From the NCBI GenBank assembly GCA_951406725.2, contig OX597822.1, forward strand, positions 21,886,001 through 21,950,000: DNA of 64,000 nt, read 5' to 3'. Shown piece after piece: positions 50,347 through 62,636 of this stretch. How positions within the stretch are numbered: the first letter of the stretch is position 1; each line of letters starts with the position of its first letter. The notes under the pieces are model-generated. The model saw nothing but the letters and a program-made list of their open reading frames with translations. It did not search any database and had not been told where the DNA came from. This stretch comes from Octopus vulgaris (lineage: Eukaryota). Position numbers and translations under genes: made by a program.

Positions 50347-50410
50347 GATGTTTATATATATATATATATATATGTATATGTAGATTCGTCATAGATGAAT
50401 ATATATGTAT
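50179..50410. repeat. (TA)n/(GA)n compound microsatellite
   Basis: Directly visible. Confidence 0.9.
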
Positions 50411-50828
50411 AGCTTAACATTAACATTTATGTGTGTGCATATGTGTATTTTTGTACTTTATGAAAATACAATTTGTTTATAATTTGAAATAGTTTACATC
50501 CTGTTCTTACTGTTTTTCTCATCCTGAAGACAAAATATACAACATCAGGGTGTTCAAAATTTTGAAATGCCAATTATAAAATATTCCTGCTGGTAGCCTT
50601 GTAATTTACTCTATATTTATATTTTATGTTCTGAACTGAAATTTGTCTTTTATTTCCTTTATGCAGAGGAGACCAGAAATAAAGCAATGACAAAAGACGC
50701 TCATCACTGAGACAAACTTTTCTATTTTAAGTTTATTAATCAGAAAAATACTGCTGACAGATTTTTTTCTCAATAGTATTGCGAATACTAAGGGCATTAT
50801 ATGTAAATAAGTGACTTGTGAGATATGT

Positions 50829-51328
50829 ATAAGGGGGTGCTGTAAACTTCCTGGCTTTAAGAATATCACTGTAGAAAAAAAATTTGCATATGTTCAGATT
50901 TTCATGAATAATTCTGTATACAGTTGCCACACCAACTCCAAACCATAAGAAAATTGAGACTTTTCTCACCCAGCACTGATGATTTGATGTCTCTCTTTCT
51001 CTTTTACCTCTCATCATCTTTCACCTCCTCTCTCCCGTCCTTGAACCTCTTGTGCCAGCAAAAAGCTAATCCAAATGCAGTTCTGAGATTTCATAAACTT
51101 TTGTAATGTTTTTGCCCAATTTAAAACAAAACTTTATTGCATAGTCAGCTTCCAAATGTCCTTACAGCATTTGGCAAACTAGTCAGCTGTGACAAGCAGT
51201 TTTTGGTAGGGTCTGTTCATAATGCTGTTACAACATTCTTCTTCAGTAGGGTGGCAGGTCAGCTTATTAGATGTATATTAGTGATTTGCTAAAATTACAA
51301 TAAACTAAATCATAACTGCCTTTCCTAT
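50829..51328 (-). mobile_element. Internally deleted mariner remnant
   Basis: Minus strand YAIKFCFKLGKN... and GVGVATVYRIIHENLNICKF. A terminus-like TAAGGGGGTGCTGTAAAC lies at ~50830. Confidence 0.6.
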
Positions 51329-51353
51329 ATATATATATATGTATGTATGTATT

Positions 51354-51384
<31 letters not shown>

Positions 51385-51496
51385 GTATTTATATATGCAT
51401 GTATATATATGTATGTATCTATATATATATATATATGTATGTATTTATATATGTATGTATATATATATATGTATGTATATATATATATATATATAT

Positions 51497-51754
51497 GTTA
51501 CCTGTTATATACATTATATTGTTTTTGTAATTTACTTGATCTTTACTTGCCAGTTGTCATTCTAATTTTAACCTTCCTATGATATGCAATTTTCAAGATG
51601 GTGTAATTTGATTGTTCATTTTGATTCGATAGAAGGTGGGTTAACACTCTAATATTTCATGTGTAAGCATGTATATATATATATAGTGACATTGAAGGAC
51701 GCATCTTTCGATTTACAATCTAATATAGTAGAACATTTAGTATATGTCTGTATG

Positions 51755-51805
<51 letters not shown>

Positions 51806-51955
51806 GTGTATGTATATATATATATATTTGCCTGTTATATACATTATATTATTATCTTTATAATTTACTTCCATCCTTACTTTTTAATTGTCACTTTAAT
51901 TTTAACTTTCCTATGATATACAATTTTCAAGATGGTGTAATTTGGTTGTTCATTA
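51497..51955 (+). repeat. Diverged direct duplication of ~125 bp (51497-51620 and 51828-51955), each copy preceded by (TA)n
   Basis: CCTGTTATATACATTATATT...CAATTTTCAAGATGGTGTAATTTG(A/G)TTGTTCATT occurs twice. Confidence 0.8.
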
Positions 51956-52708
51956 AGGTTTTTTTTCAAATATTTTATGTATAAGTCTGTGTGTATATAT
52001 ATGTAGTGGTATAAATATCAACATGAAAAAATATTTTTTTCTTCTCCATTTCCTCCCTTATTTTTATTTATTTTTTATTTTTTTATTTTTATTTTTATTT
52101 TCCTTTTTCTCTTTTTGTCTCTCTCCCCTTCTCCAAACACACAGAGACACACACACACACCTCCACAAAACGATCATACAAAGTATGACCCCAAATGACA
52201 TTTGTCCATCCCCAAAATCATAAAAGGTGTAATTTCTGGCTAGCCTACCCACCAACACACACTCAGTGACACCAGAATGGACAGAGAGCTAAAATTCTTA
52301 GAACTCCCCAGGGGGTCCAACAGGCCAAAGGAAATCCTTCTTCTTCTTCTTCTACCCTCTCCCACTCCCCTTCCCCTTTTTCTCTTTAGCCTCAGATACA
52401 AACACACACACACACACACACATACACACACACACACACACACATACACATACACACATGTTCTCTCTCTCACTTCCTCCTCATCTACTTCACCCTCTTA
52501 TACTATCTTGTTCCTCCCCACTACTACGAAACTCTATAAAATGACCAAATTCCCCACAAAGGAATTAATTTGATTTGAAAACCCCACTGGAATGGGAGAA
52601 AGCGCTAATAATCTGAATGATATGATATATATATGTAAAAAATGTAATATATAAATAAATATCTATAAATATGAACCATCCGATCTTCTGATTAATTACT
52701 CTCATTTC

Positions 52709-52754
<46 letters not shown>

Positions 52755-52835
52755 ATATATGTATGTATGTATATATGTATGTATGTATATATGTATGTAT
52801 GTATATATATATATATATGTATGTATATATGTATG

Positions 52836-52882
<47 letters not shown>

Positions 52883-54239
52883 GTAAAGTGTGGAATCCAA
52901 AGAAATTGTTGAATTCATTTGCTACCTGTTGAGGGGCTAGAACCTGGAAACTTTAGCTTTTCAGTCATCATGGTAATTGAAATTATTGATATCCTATGAA
53001 GCTTTTATTTGTCTGTCCATAATCAGAATAAGAATTTACATCTCCAACTAATTCATTCTGGATAGTAACTCAAATATAAATATACCTAGAGAGCATGTGT
53101 GCTTCTGCTTGCACTGAAGGTGAAAGATAAACCAACTAAAGCAGAACAGTGATTCCTACTTTCATCTATCAGAACTGTGTGCTCTCTTTAGAGGGTTAAC
53201 TCCCTAAAATTATTTTAGACCAGCAATAAAGTGAATATCTTGTAGAGAATTAATAAATTTTTATGACACAATTTGTATGTCTTAATTTTCCTCGATAGAA
53301 ACCCCCTCAGTAATATGCAGTAAACGTCTTACCTTCAAAAAATTAGTCTTTTTCTGTGTGAAAGGAAATTATATATACTTCTTATTCTATTTTCTTTTCA
53401 TTCCCATTGTAGTTTAAAATCAATTTTTCCCAAACTAATATGATTAGGTTATTTTTTTGGAGCAGTACTTCTCACAATCATATTAGCACTACTGCAATAT
53501 AATAGCACCTTATATTTATGCAATATAATAGCACCTTATATTTATGTCCAATTATTTTAATATTTATTCTCACATCTATAAAAAAATTGCCATTCCCAAT
53601 AAAAATTTTTGTGGGTGACTTTCATTTTATTTTTATTTTCATGGTAGGTGGCGATTTTAATCATTTTATCTTCTCTAATGGCCTCATTATCTTCCTTGCA
53701 AATTATTATCAATACTTTATTAATACCGCTTAAATTTAATTCATCTATTTTCTAAATTATCTTTTGGATCTTTTTTTAAATTATATACACTTTTTTTATG
53801 AGTTTTCATTTTGATTAAAATTGTTTAGAGGGAAGAAAATAGAGAGGTTTGAGGAAGAAAATATTATTTTATACCCAACTGTGTTCTTGGTAATTTTTCT
53901 TGATGTTTTGTAATATATGTCAACTTTCATATTGTAATGATGCAAGATGGTCAGAAAAGCTAGGATTATGCTTAAATGCTTGCATGACACATTGCAAAAC
54001 AAAATCGGTGAACATGAGATTACTAGGAAGATGAAAGGCAAAGTTCACCTTGGTAGGATTTGAACACAGAACATAAAGAGCTAGAAGATATGCCACAGTT
54101 TGGGTCAGTACCATTGTGGAGAATGTTTGCTTGGTAGTTTGTAGTGAATAAAGATTGATTTAGAGCTGCCATTATAAACCTTCAGTTTCTACCTTAAAAC
54201 CTCAATTGTACAACCGTTGATGTGTTCTTTATTTATATC

Positions 54240-55505
54240 TGCTCTCCTTGTTCATTTTTGATACTGACCGTGGAGTGTCATTTGTTTATAAGTTTTTTCA
54301 AGCTTTTTTTTTAGTTTTTTGTATTTGTATTTTTCTGCTTTTTTTTGATATTGAAGCTTTGTCATTATCATTTACATCTAAGTTTAATTCTATTTTATAC
54401 TTCTGTGCCTCTTTAAATACAGAATGTAACCTTTTGTTCCTTTTGTGTCAATTTACTAGCTGCATCTTCCAATTGTAGTCATTCTAGGTGTATGAATTAA
54501 ATTCTTTTGTAGTTCTCTGGTAGGATAATTCTAGCTGGATGAGGCCTCTACCACCCTCTTTTCAGGGAACATAGGTTCTATGCACGTCAGCTTATGGACA
54601 ATGCAGTTTGCTTGCTGTCATTAGTTTTCTCATTATGGTGTCCATTTGTTGCAGTTCATTTATATTCCAGTTAATTATATTATAGCTGTACTGTACTTCT
54701 GGGATAGTAAGTGAATTAATGGGTTGAATCCTGCTCTAGAAATTCAATTCCATTTTCATAATCAGCTTTACTCTCCTATAATATTTCCTGAGTTTTCCCT
54801 CTCTGTAGCTGTGCTGGACCCCTTTCTCTTCATCTTTTCCCAGATATTTGCATGCTGTACCTTGGTCTAATTCTTTGATGACAGTGTTGTCATTTAACAT
54901 ACGATGTAGAAATAAGTTTTCCCCATTTAAATATTGCTTAGGTGCACTTATCCAAACCAAATTCCATGTTAATATTGTTGCTTAATCTTTTCATAGTTGT
55001 TAGTAATCCCTCCAAATCATAATCATTTTTTGCACACAGCTTTAGGTCTTCAATATAAAAGCGGTATGTGATGGCCCTATCAAAGATTTCATGTCCATAT
55101 TGTGTGTGGCTTAATTCATGTGAGAGAGGTATGAGAGCTAAGCCAAAAAAGCAAAGGGGACAACAAATCTAAATTAATCTTAATACTGCTAGATGTATTT
55201 GTGCCTTTATTGTGATTGAGGTACAATTTTGTGTACCACATGCCCATACTTTGGTGAAGAAAACCTTTAATAATTAGTGATATTTTGTACAAGTCTGGAG
55301 CTTTTGTGATCCATAAGTGAGGGACACTATCAAATGCCATGTGATAATCTATCCAAGCTATGCTAAGATTATGGCTTTTAGAGGAACAGTTTTTTATGTA
55401 TCATTTGGTGAATTAGAAGTTGGTTTTTACAGCCATAGGAATTTCGGTGGCAGCCCTTTTGCTCTAAAGGCAGAATGTGATGGTCAAGAAATTGATATGT
55501 ATGTT
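54240..55505 (-). pseudogene. R4/Dong-clade non-LTR retrotransposon RT fragment
   Basis: HILPLEQKGCHRNSYGCKNQLLI; AWIDY/AFDSVPHLWI; LSPLLF; FYIEDLKL; MEFGLDKC; CKYLG; EGGRGLIQLE. Confidence 0.85.
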
Positions 55506-55509
55506 TCAT

Positions 55510-56760
55510 TGTGAAGGTTTTCCCACTGCCATCCTTAGTCTGGGAAGGGCAGTCAGTGTTTTGTCTGGTGACCTTAGCAAAAGAGGTTAAGTGGTGGACC
55601 AGATTGAAAGGGATCATCAACTTTTTGACCAAACCCTCATCAACGTTTTCAAGTTTCACTTGAAAAGGAAAGTGAGGGCACAGAGAGAAGTGCTGCTCAC
55701 CAGCACTATCCCCAACAGATCTATCTACAACAACCTCCACCTCACGCAATACATCATAGAGAGGATTGGTAAAAAACTTGGCATGGGTGGGGCCCTGATC
55801 AATTTGGATCAATCAAAAGGTTTCAGTAGGGTTGATGTTTTTGAGGAGCATCCCATATGAACTAGGATGCTAAAGGTTCATGTTGGCAAATGCAGACGAC
55901 ATTACCATGATGGTGTCAGACGTCTCAGAGATCAAGATGATCAGCACTATCCTAAAGGAATATGAAGCAGTGACAGGAGCAATGATTAGCCAGGAGAAGT
56001 CAGTGGGCCTTCAGCTTGACACCTAGAGAGGTAGGTCCTTGCTGACCAACAGCATTATGGGACACTGGACAGAAGGACCAGTTAAGTTGCTTGGGGTCTG
56101 GTTTGGTCTGGTCCTCCAAGTGGACAAGAACTGTGAGAAGGTAACAGACAGGGTGGCCAGTCTCACCCAGAAATGGGTTGTGAGGAAGCTGTCCCTGAAA
56201 TGTCAGGTGGACGTGGTGAATGTGCATATCGCATCTGTCATATGATATGGCCTGACTGTTATCCCTTGTCTCGCATCATGGCTGAATGGGCTGGTGTGCT
56301 TACTCTTCTGCTACCTGTGGAAGAGACAGGTACCACTTGTCAGACAGTCCATTTGCTGTCAGCACCCTTGTGTGGAGGACTGGGCATGCTGTGGCTGATG
56401 ATGTGCAGACATGTGCTGATACTGTGACATCTCCAGCAATACCTTAATGGTGAGCAAGTGTAGTCGCTGTTTGTTGGACGCACTTTTTGCAGCTCATCTT
56501 GATGGGGCAACAATCCTGGATCAGGCATAGACTAAGGCAGGGCGCTTGGCACCTGGAGTGTCTCCAAGTGCTCACAAACCTTGGCCAGTTGATCAATGCA
56601 GTTGATGGAAGTTCCACCTTGGAGTTCTACAGGGGATTAGTGGATGGTAAGAGTGACGATGTTCTTGGAGAGGTTCTGGACATTGGGAGGGATCAACTGG
56701 CTGGTCTCATCTGGAGGGACTTTCGAGCTGGAACCTATGGGTTACTTCCAGAAATTGGGG
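55510..56760 (+). pseudogene. L1/Tx1-clade non-LTR retrotransposon RT fragment
   Basis: IPNRSIYNNLHL...ALINLDQSKGFSRVD; NAD-ITMMVSD...YEAVTGAMISQEKS; VKLLGVWFG...KWVVRKLSLK; GGLGM. Confidence 0.8.
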
Positions 56761-57029
56761 TTGAAAAAGTCAACTTACACTCTCCCTTCAAAATTGTTAG
56801 CCTTATAACACAAATGGAAAGAATTATTTCTGTTATTGACTGTCATAGTATTTAGATATGTTCTGTTCTTTGTTCAGAGATCCATCTTTAGTTAAAACAT
56901 TGCTGAATGAAAATTCTTTCATTGGAGTACTTACCAGAGAGAGTTTAGTGGCTGAAGAGAGGGTAGACAAAAATTTATTCATCATTGCAGACATTTTTTT
57001 TTCTTTTGCTTTTATTATTATTATTATTA

Positions 57030-57368
57030 TTGAGTGAGAGAGCAGTGCATGCCATCAAAGTGACACTGCGGTAAAATATACAAAGCCCAGTATACCCATC
57101 ATGACTACCCGTCTGATAAGGGTACACCAGGCACATGCATCACAACCATATGTGCGCGACATGGTGATCTCATATCAAGATAAACAGCACATGACCTTGC
57201 AGGTGGGACCCAGTTAGAATTTTCTTCAGGCCGAGTAGCCCATCCCGCTCAAAAGGTCCCTGAATAAGGGTTGCTTTAGGATGATGAACGAAACACCCAT
57301 GTTTCCAAAAGTGAATTATTCAAACCCCAAAGAATCCCTCTCAACACATGGCTATGATGCTCCCCCAC
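57030..57368 (-). mobile_element. Family H copy flanked by (TTA)n
   Basis: Homologous to 35197-35520; (TTA)n at 57012-57031 and 57369-57423. Confidence 0.75.
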
Positions 57369-57423
<55 letters not shown>

Positions 57424-57426
<3 letters not shown>

Positions 57427-57803
57427 TAGTTTTATTTTTATAGCATGCTTTCACTTCACTACCGAGCACAGCTCTGTCTGCCTTAGGTATGTGCTGTGAT
57501 TTGTTGCGATGCTCTGATGGTTACTGTATTGAAAGTGTTCTGCATAGGATGTATGCAGTGCCTAGTAGTGCAATTTTCTGTATGTTATATGTGTTTGTAA
57601 GTCCTGGTGTTTTTGTTATGTATTTGTCTGAATATTTTTTTATCATGCCTAATGCACCTACTGTGATAGGAATTGTTTCTGTTTTTAGATTCCACATTCT
57701 AGTTACCACATTCTAGTTTCCAGGTCTTTGTATTTTGAAAGTTTCTCCATTTCTTTTAGAGACATGTTGTCATCTGCTGGTATTGATACATGAATTAGAA
57801 AGC
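57424..57803 (-). mobile_element. R4/Dong-clade retrotransposon 3' end (restriction-like endonuclease C-terminus and 3' UTR), 5'-truncated
   Basis: CFLIHVSIPADDNMSLKEMEKLSKYKDLE / TRMWNLKTETIPITVGALG...IQKIALLGTAYILCRTL. Flanked by (TTA)n on both sides. Confidence 0.85.
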
Positions 57804-58719
57804 ATTATTATTATTATTATTATTGCTTTCACATCAAAATGTTTATGAAATATTTCCCCAGGAAAACTAAAGTAATGTGACAGTGACACACTCCAAATAG
57901 CAATAATAACATTAATAATAATAACAATAATAGTATTAATAATATCAATAATAAATGTATAAAAAAGCACACTAACAATTTCTACCACAAAATTAACATT
58001 TACAAAAAAAAATATCATGAGCATTTGAATAAATACTTAACAGAAAAAATTTCATTTATACAGTTGAGTTATGTTTTCAACAATAGCAGTGTAACAACAA
58101 CAATAACAAAGTCAAAATTCATGTAAAAACTCTGGTTTTACACAATTGTCCCAAATCTTTATCTTTTTCTTTTTTCCTTATATCTAAAATTCTATGTGGG
58201 ACTGCAGGCAGAAACCTGACTTCTGAAATGCTACCACACTCATAAAGAATCCAAATATTTTGATTTATAAAATTATATTGAACCCCTGTTTGTTAAATAT
58301 TAGGCAAAACATTCTCTAAGAGTTGATCCTAGACATTTCATTACACATCGTATCACAGTTGTTCTATTATACATTATAGAGATATGTAGAACCTGATTCT
58401 TAGGCAATTCTTTTACATTCTGTTAGTACAACATACTTGCTACAGGTAGTTTCAATTACAAAACATCTGTTTGCTTCTTTATCAACAACAATTCTGTCTT
58501 CTAAGAAGTTCAGTTCTTATATTTTTGCATGGCTATTTTCAAGAAGACTTCCATCAGCAATGCGGAATCATAAAAATTTTTGAGACTATTTGTGATGACA
58601 ACATTTACTTTTCTTGCGGTTACTCCTAGTTGATCTATGTAACTACGTATTTGTGTGTGTGTATATACATATGTATGTATTCAAATTATGTAATGGAAGT
58701 AGCTCTATAGCAAAACATC

Positions 58720-59222
58720 TGTCAATACAACATACTTAATAGATGTATTGTGCTAAAAAACACAATATAGTTTCTAACATATATCTATAAAGTGATTTTT
58801 CCTGGATGTAAAAACCACAGCTTCTAGCATTTCAACTACACAATATACATTGAGTATAGTGTATTGATACAATTTTTTACTAGAGAGCTACTTTTTCATT
58901 GCATAATTCAAATTTATTCTGCTTATGTGGCACCTTTGCAAACCTGAGTATAGTTTATGCTGTGCATGTATATACATCAGATGAGCCGATTCGATTTTGT
59001 TTTGGAAGTGATATGAGTATATGGCATTGATAAGCCACAAAAAAAAAGCAAAATATGTATCTGTCGTTCTCATGGTCACTTCTTGGGTGATTTTGTTTCA
59101 CCTAGCACTGAAGTGTATTGTGTTTCTAACACAATATATCAATAAAGGGATTTTTCCCTGTACAAAAACCAGTTTCTGGAATTTCTACTACACACCTACA
59201 TTAAGTACGTTGTATTGATAGA
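58720..59222. mobile_element. MITE-like element or composite with 19-bp TIRs
   Basis: TCAATACAACATACTTAAT (58722-58740) pairs with ATTAAGTACGTTGTATTGA (59200-59218). An internal ~120-bp segment is repeated in direct orientation (58745-58870, 59113-59220). Confidence 0.6.
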
Positions 59223-59264
59223 CTTCACATACATGCATACATACACACACACATACACACACAT

Positions 59265-59295
<31 letters not shown>

Positions 59296-59523
59296 GATAC
59301 ATACATACATACATACATATGTTTCATAGAATTTAAATATATGTAATAAATCATGGGCACCCACAGAAGAGTGTGAATTCAAGCGATAACATATCTATCT
59401 ACAGGGAAGATATATTTCCCTCTGGTGAAAAACAAGTGATCAAATGCTCATGTTCAGATCTGCTAGAATGTATTAAGAATGAACAGATACATTATTGTAC
59501 ATATGTGTGTGTGTGAGTGTGTA

Positions 59524-59572
<49 letters not shown>

Positions 59573-59722
59573 GCAAGCATGACTTTGCTGTAAAGAAGTT
59601 TTCATCTTGACCACGGGGCTTCATGTCCAGTTGGACTGGGCGGCACCTTGGAAAAGAAGTGCCTTGGACTAACAATTGCTTTGTGCTGAGGGTAGTGGTA
59701 TTGAGGAAACTGGAAGAAACCC

Positions 59723-59760
<38 letters not shown>

Positions 59761-60207
59761 CGTATACAGTCTCTGCTGAACTACAAGCAGTGATGACACT
59801 GTAGCTGGTGATGTTTCTTGACATTTCCTGTCAACAAACCATCTACTATCCCTGTGCTTTCACATACCTCTGGAAGAACGTCCCTTACTTGTAAAACAAG
59901 TGGTGATGCTAACAAAGAAATCATTTGACATAAAAAAGACCTGCCTCAAGTACCTTCTCATCAAATCCTTGTTAGCATGGTAAAACAGATTTTTTTATCT
60001 CTTACTTCTTCCAGTCAATGGACTGAGGCCATACTGAGGTATTATCATGAAAGATTTTGGCAGAACGAATCAACCTCAGTATTTATCTCTTTGCTAAGCT
60101 TGTCACTTATTCTATCAGTCTTTTAGCCAAACTGCTAAATTACAGGGATGTAAACCAGCCAACACTGGTTGTCAAACAGTGGTGGGCACAAACACTTACA
60201 CACACAG

Positions 60208-60964
60208 TAGGTTGTTTCACATGAAATGTTGCATTTTTAATTACTTGTTATTTCAGTCATTTAAAAACTCAATTATGTATACCTTGCATTTAATCTTGAC
60301 TCTTTTCTTTGCATCAAATCATTACTTGTAATGAGAAATGGATACTCTGTGACAACAGCTGGAGAACATGACAGTGATTAGGTGCAGGAGAGTCACACAA
60401 ACCCACTAATGCACCCTAAAAAGTTTGTAGTCACTGTATAGTGGTCTGTAAAGGGAGTTATTCATTATTCATTTTTGCAACAAGGAAAAACGGTAACAGC
60501 AACATTGTATTGCCAGGAAATTGATTGTATGCATGAGAATTTGAAAACGAAGCAACCTAGACTAGTGAATAGAGATGGCCCTATTTTGCTCCACAACCAT
60601 GTACGTCCTCACACTCCTTAAACTACAGTCCAAAAGTTGCCAAGCCTGAATTATGAGATGTTGCAGCATCCTCCCTATTCCCTTGATGTCTTTCCTACTG
60701 ATCATCACTTATTTAAGTATTTTTGAGCTTTGCATAAGCAATACAACATTCTTAAATAGGGAAGAAGTAAGTGAAGCATTTGGACAGTTTATCACAGCAA
60801 AAGATGAATTTGTTTTTTAAAGATGGAATATACGACATAGAGAAACGTTGAGTAAACATAAATGAACATGAAACATACTTTTATTAAATAAATTAGTTCT
60901 CTAACACTTCTGAAATATTCTATTGTTACCTTTCAAATATGACATTTCATGTGAAACAACCTAA
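60208..60964 (+). mobile_element. Internally deleted mariner with intact TIRs
   Basis: TIRs TAGGTTGTTTCACATGAAATGT / ACATTTCATGTGAAACAACCTA. Remnant translation: PKKFVVTV*WSVKGVIHYSFL...VNRDGPILLHNHVRPH...LQHPPYSLDVFPTDHHLF. Confidence 0.88.
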
Positions 60965-62148
60965 TACATATATATACACATGTGCATACATATATGCATA
61001 CATATGTACACACATGCACACATACACACACACAATATGCTGTTTCAGTTTCTCTCTACCAAATTCACTTACAAGGTTTTGGTTGTCTTGGGGCTATAGC
61101 AGTAAATACCATGCAGTGGGTTTGAACTTGGAATCATGTGGGTGGAAAACAAGCTTCTTAATACATATGCATGTACTTACATACATATTTATATATATAC
61201 ATACATGAAATAGTACCAAAAGAAGGAATTGGTTTTCAACAAAGGTTTACTCTGAGTTTTGTTCTGTTACTTTACAAATCAACATTTCACTTTAAAATGA
61301 AAACTATTAATTCACTGAAAGTGAGTATCCTAAAAAATTCTAATATCAAAGCAACAATCTTTATTTTTATTAGCCTTGTTTCCAGTGAATGTTCAATGGT
61401 ATTGTCAATTACAAGATGTTTTTTTTCAAAAGTGGCAATGTAAATTTTGAAGTAAACAACTGCTGAAAACCCAGTTCTTCTACTATTGTTGTTATATTTA
61501 ACTCTATATTGTGTAAAGCATACTCTCTCCGTTAATTTGCATAGGCAAGGATACATATATTGGGCTGTCAAATGAATTCATTTGTGTTTTTTTCCTCCAG
61601 TTTATATTAATCCTTTCCAATGTAATTTGAAGTAACATGAAAAATATTTTTATTGTAGTGCTTGATGAGTTCTTGTAACTCTATTTTACCTCTACAAACT
61701 TTGTTTGTCATTTATGAAATTTGAATAAATTTTAACTCTTCTCTGATATGTAATCATGGAGTGACAAGTAGAAAAAAACAAAGTAATTTATGTGACACCC
61801 CAATACATATATATGTGTGTGTGTGTGTGTTTGTGTGTGTGTATGTGTGTTTGTGTGTGTGTGTATGTGTGTGTGTGTGTGTGTGTATTCCTTCATTCAC
61901 TCATATTACATCTGTTTTTTCCATACTAATATGGTTAGATGAATATATTCTTGAAATATTGTTTTACAAATAGACACCCTTCCTGTTGCTAACACTCACC
62001 AGTCTTACAAATTAGGGATCTCTATTTTCACATATCTTCAAAGGCTTTGAGGTGAGCAACAACAACACTGCCTGTTACAACTTTCACACAGCAAAAATGT
62101 GAACAAACGCACTAACACACACATGCATGTGCATACCATTATTCACAT

Positions 62149-62201
<53 letters not shown>

Positions 62202-62343
62202 CTATACATATATAACTGGTTGCTCTCTTTTGCTGTCTATCAGATACATTCATGGTCAACACAGGGCTCTAATGGACTAGTAGAAGGCACTTATTCAAGG
62301 TGCTGCTCAGTAGATCTAAATCCAGAACCACCTGAGGAAAGTA

Positions 62344-62554
62344 CAATAATCCCTTGTCATATTGCAATTCACCTATCACGGTTCACCTACAGTGGTTTAT
62401 TATTTAAGCTCCATGGTGTTGTTTTGCATTTATAATAAAATATATACAAATTATAAAAATTAAAATATACTGTACAGTGCTGTTTCTACTTCATAGATTT
62501 TCCCTGTTGCAGGGGTTTTGGAACGTAACACCCATGATAGTCAAGGGATTACTG
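62344..62554. mobile_element. pogo/Tigger-type MITE nested inside a family F SINE
   Basis: TA|CAATAATCCCTTG...CAAGGGATTACTG|TA. SINE sequence continues on both sides. Confidence 0.8.
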
Positions 62555-62636
62555 TAATCCTCTTAACCACGCAGTCATGCTTGCATCTGTGTGTGTGTAT
62601 TTTCACACACATATACATACAGGCATGTATAATATA

